Below are positions 30,134 through 32,000 of a stretch of DNA of 32,000 bases, piece by piece. This DNA is from Coprobacillaceae bacterium. GTDB taxonomy: Bacteria; Bacillota_I; Bacilli_A; Erysipelotrichales; Coprobacillaceae. A program made the translations under genes and the position numbers. The stretch lies in contig OY776328.1 in the NCBI GenBank assembly GCA_963675515.1, positions 2,310,001 through 2,342,000 on the forward strand, in the 5' to 3' direction. The notes under the pieces are model-generated. The model saw only the letters and a list, made by a program, of their open reading frames with translations, had not been told where the DNA came from and ran no database searches. How positions within the stretch are numbered: the first letter of the stretch is position 1; each line of letters opens with the position of its first letter.

Positions 30134-30829
30134 CGATGGATTATTCCTTTCGTTTAGAACAATTGTTTCCCATCATCTTATCAGACCCTGTGAGCTTCAT
30201 TTAACTGTAACTGATTTTTAAAGAACCAGACTTGGGGCTATCCCTCCACCATTTTTCGTGGCTTCATCGGTACTGTGCCCCTACTTTCACGAGAATAAAA
30301 ACACTTCGTTTACACTTATAGTTACCGTCCCGATAACAGTCGTTTAATAGACGTTTCTCGCTTACAACGTTCCAAATATTCTAGCTTTACATTTATCCTT
30401 AGGTTCCTGCTATGAGCCTGATGAATTATACCCTCATTGTCGAGTATCTCGAATTTCATATCAACGATTCTTACTTTTCGATATTCACCGTTGCGCACGC
30501 AACATGCCATCTTTCAATAGCACGACTTTCTAGACCCGTACATTCGCAGTTTCGTCAGTCCTTACACGGACATTCTCACCATAGATAATTTATAGCGTCC
30601 CGGCCTATCCTTTACCATATGAAATATCACTTAGGTATTGTTCAGCCGACTTCACCTAGCTTCACACATAATTTTACTGTTATAACCTCATGCGTGTAGG
30701 AGTATCAGACTACTTGTTTCAGGCTAACATGACAGCCATCATTCCAAGTATTGAATATTCAGTTGTGATTTTCCTATTGGAAAATCCTCCCATTTCATGC
30801 CTAGGCACTTATAGGGAAACGTTTCGCAC

Positions 30830-31418
30830 CGTTGAAAGTCAGCCAGTACTTTACCTTGTCTCCGTAATTTTCAAACAGGACCTTGCACAGGCGCAAGTAA
30901 CAATCAATCACCACCCGGCTTGACCAGCCGTCGTATTTGTCCGCGAGGACCACCGGAATCTCATCGTGGCAGATTGTAACCAATGGCTCGATGTTCCATT
31001 TGATGCATTCATCGATGACACCCTGGTAGAAGTCGATCCCTTCCTTGTTTGGTTCAGTCTCCTCACCGGTCGGGAAAATCCGGCTCCAGCAGATGGAAAA
31101 GCGCATCGTGGTCGATCCCATCTTCGCCAACAACTCGATATCCTCCTTGAAGCGGTGGTAGAAGTCTACCGCCTGGTGTGAGGGATAGTAGCGTTTTGGA
31201 TCGATATAGCCAACCGCATCATCAGGGATCGAACCGCGCATCGCCATCGCTCCCGTTGACCCGTCTTTTCTCTTGTAATTCATTTCTCGAGGCTTGTGCA
31301 ATGACCCGTCAGTTACGAAATCGCACGTCAGCAGGCCTCTGTTACCTTCGCCAAAGCCGCCTTCATACTGGAAGTCCGCACTGGCGCTGCCCCATAATAA
31401 ATCTTCAGGAAATCTCAT
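30830..31418 (-). CDS. GH1 6-phospho-beta-glucosidase C, exon 1 (N-terminal 196 codons plus 1 nt)
   Basis: MRFPEDLLWGSASADFQYEGG...MRFSICWSRIFP...KYWLTFN, followed by the G of the Glu codon. RBS is AGGAGG. Confidence 0.9.
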
Positions 31419-31433
31419 TATCTCTGTCCTCCT

Positions 31434-31474
31434 AAAAAAATAATACCAAAATGTATCCGTTTACATTTTGGTAT
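31434..31474 (-). terminator. intrinsic terminator (or palindromic operator) between the RpiR-3 stop and the GH1-C RBS
   Basis: Minus strand has ATACCAAAATGTA-aacgga-TACATTTTGGTAT followed by tatttttttAGGAGG. Confidence 0.65.
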
Positions 31475-31500
31475 TTCATCATTAGGTTCACTGTTTCACA

Positions 31501-32000
31501 TCATGAAACAAAGTATTTGGTTTTGTATTCGATGGCGATTGCGGTCGAATAGAAATTAAGCAGCATGCATGAAGCGAAATTGTAGCTGTCCGCAAGCCTG
31601 ATGTATCTATGGACAAATTTTTCCTCCGGTGAATCATTGACGGTGATCACATATATCTTTGGGATGTTCTTCCTGTTCATGACGTTCTTCCGGGGCAGGA
31701 CGCTGTCGAAAAAAGACGAAGTCGCCGAGAAGACGACTATCAGATCATCGCTTGTGGCCTTTTCGATGATCTTACGCTGCTTGAAGATGTCGCAGACATT
31801 GGCAACTACCTTGTTGAAACTAAGCAGGTCCTTCTGGAGCGAATTTGATATGCAGGACGACTGATACAGCCCCATCAATATCACATTGTCATAATTATGG
31901 ATGTCTTTGACTAGTTCCTCAAGTTCCGCCTGATTGAAGTTATTCTTGAATTTTTCAAGATGGACCATCGACTCATCGATGAAGTCGACCACATTGTTAT
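31501..32000 (-). CDS. MurR/RpiR-family regulator 3, C-terminal SIS domain; the N-terminus lies beyond the window
   Basis: SIS-like pattern (VILMGLYQSS...LIVVFSATSS...IYVITVN). The frame stays open to the window edge. Confidence 0.7.
   Translation of the reverse strand, partial: NNVVDFIDESMVHLEKFKNNFNQAELEELVKDIHNYDNVILMGLYQSSCISNSLQKDLLSFNKVVANVCDIFKQRKIIEKATSDDLIVVFSATSSFFDSVLPRKNVMNRKNIPKIYVITVNDSPEEKFVHRYIRLADSYNFASCMLLNFYSTAIAIEYKTKYFVS

Larger units (their letters stand above)
28240..30829 (-). mobile_element. group II intron, copy 2 (2590 nt)
   Basis: Collinear with copy 1 at an offset of +19495. It has the same length and six substitutions found by eye, and the same GTGCG 5' and CTATCGCTAT 3' ends. 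Confidence 0.95.

Overview
This window looks like a carbohydrate-utilisation region from a low-GC Gram-positive (Bacillota-type) chromosome. The taxon is an inference from AGGAGG-type ribosome-binding sites (RBS), PTS/RpiR/DeoR gene content and sigma-A-like promoters. In coordinate order it holds: lacC'-lacB-lacA (tagatose-6-P pathway), ROK glucokinase, a DeoR (LacR-like) repressor, three small hypothetical proteins, a small 4Fe-4S ferredoxin, and nifS-nadA. Next come three GH1 6-phospho-beta-glucosidase paralogues, two translationally coupled RpiR regulators, and an alpha-glucoside module (PTS EIICB, an unknown membrane protein, GH4 6-phospho-alpha-glucosidase). The rest is an MGMT-like/LiaF-like pair, aspartase with a divergent Lrp/AsnC regulator, phosphofructokinase, a small IscA-like protein with an extreme Cys/His/acidic tail, a Cof-type HAD phosphatase, a cellobiose-type PTS EIIC and a third (partial) RpiR gene. 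The main result is two 2590-nt group II intron copies (8745-11334 and 28240-30829, minus strand). They differ by six substitutions seen by eye. Each sits at the same phase-1 position inside the catalytic acid/base Glu codon (TFN|E) of a different GH1 paralogue. Predicted splicing restores in-frame 490-aa and 483-aa enzymes. Both copies carry the same +1 frame disruption in the RT domain of the intron-encoded protein, next to a perfect 23-nt palindrome. The ribozyme landmarks look intact: a GUGCG 5' end, domain V, and domain VI with a bulged A. No rRNA, tRNA or CRISPR array was seen.
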